Part shown: positions 63,671-64,000 of the stretch, piece by piece
How positions within the stretch are numbered: the first letter of the stretch is position 1
Layout: each line of letters begins with the position of its first letter
DNA from: an uncultured Nitrososphaerales archaeon
GTDB taxonomy: Archaea > Thermoproteota > Nitrososphaeria > Nitrososphaerales > Nitrososphaeraceae
Direction: 5' to 3'
Length of the DNA: 64,000 nucleotides
Assembly: GCA_963841565.1 (NCBI GenBank)
Contig: CAWJCY010000001.1
Coordinates: 122,826-186,825, forward strand
Made by a program: the position numbers and the translations under genes
Notes under the pieces: model-generated
Database searches by the model: none
Seen by the model: the letters and a program-made list of their open reading frames with translations, nothing else
What the model was told of the DNA's origin: nothing

Positions 63671-64000
63671 ATGAAGAAAACTAATCCTACAAGATCAACA
63701 AATTCCGGCAATGATACGTCAGGAAGAGTTAGAAATGAAATTGCGAACAGGGTTGAAATAGACTATGAGGAATTTAAGGAGAGCCACACATTCAAATTTC
63801 CTACCTGGCTTTACGGTCCGGTTAAAGGTAAACTTCTAACAGTAGAAGTTGAAGATTGTCCACGGTTTGGCGACAAAGCATTTGTTGAATTTGATTCGGC
63901 TAGAACTGCATTCATAAGTGTGGACATGCAGGTTGATTTCTGCGGTCCAAAGGGGTACGTAGATGTAATGGGATATGATCTTGGGTTAACATCTGCTCCC
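63671..64000 (+). CDS. Isochorismatase-like cysteine hydrolase, biuret hydrolase-like (partial; runs off the window; not in the ORF track)
   Basis: Open frame from ATG 63671 to the end: ...RTAFISVDMQVDFCGPKGYVDVMGYDLGLTSAP, close to the recalled BiuH motif DMQTDFCGKGGYVDHMGYDL. Confidence 0.8.
   Translation, partial: MKKTNPTRSTNSGNDTSGRVRNEIANRVEIDYEEFKESHTFKFPTWLYGPVKGKLLTVEVEDCPRFGDKAFVEFDSARTAFISVDMQVDFCGPKGYVDVMGYDLGLTSAP

Overview
This is a 64-kb chromosomal segment of an ammonia-oxidising archaeon (Nitrososphaerota). It is most likely a soil Nitrososphaeraceae member, judging from AmoA 'MVWLRRTTHY' and the amoA-amoX/amoB arrangement. Bases 1-42,400 are mostly core genome: 2-oxoacid:ferredoxin oxidoreductase, amoA/amoX/amoB plus probable amoZ/amoY (no amoC), serS-pcc1-RecJ-like-rps15, RNase Z, a cysteine-less MurI homologue, the A-type ATP synthase operon with a detached atpC, Rqc2/NFACT, cbiT/L/F, pyrI, cutA, pelota, tetraether lipid synthase Tes, TrmB, the 3HP/4HB-cycle crotonase, thrB and a GPN GTPase. 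Around and after tRNA-Ala(CGC) (43734-43806) the content becomes accessory. The most interesting part is a nitrogen-scavenging gene cluster from 48.8 kb to beyond the window end. It encodes an FdrA/DUF2877/DUF1116 (AllFGH-like oxamate transcarbamylase) module with carbamate kinase, a BMP-type nucleoside/purine ABC importer, an FAH-family enzyme, a divergent PurE paralogue, an amidase-signature enzyme and a biuret-hydrolase-like cysteine hydrolase. Together these suggest an ureide/purine/biuret-to-ammonia (plus ATP) route that I do not know of in AOA. Seven genes carry single +1 insertions, all at or next to AGCT/GCWGC motifs, and these are probably sequencing artefacts. All family assignments come from motif recognition and recall, without database searches.
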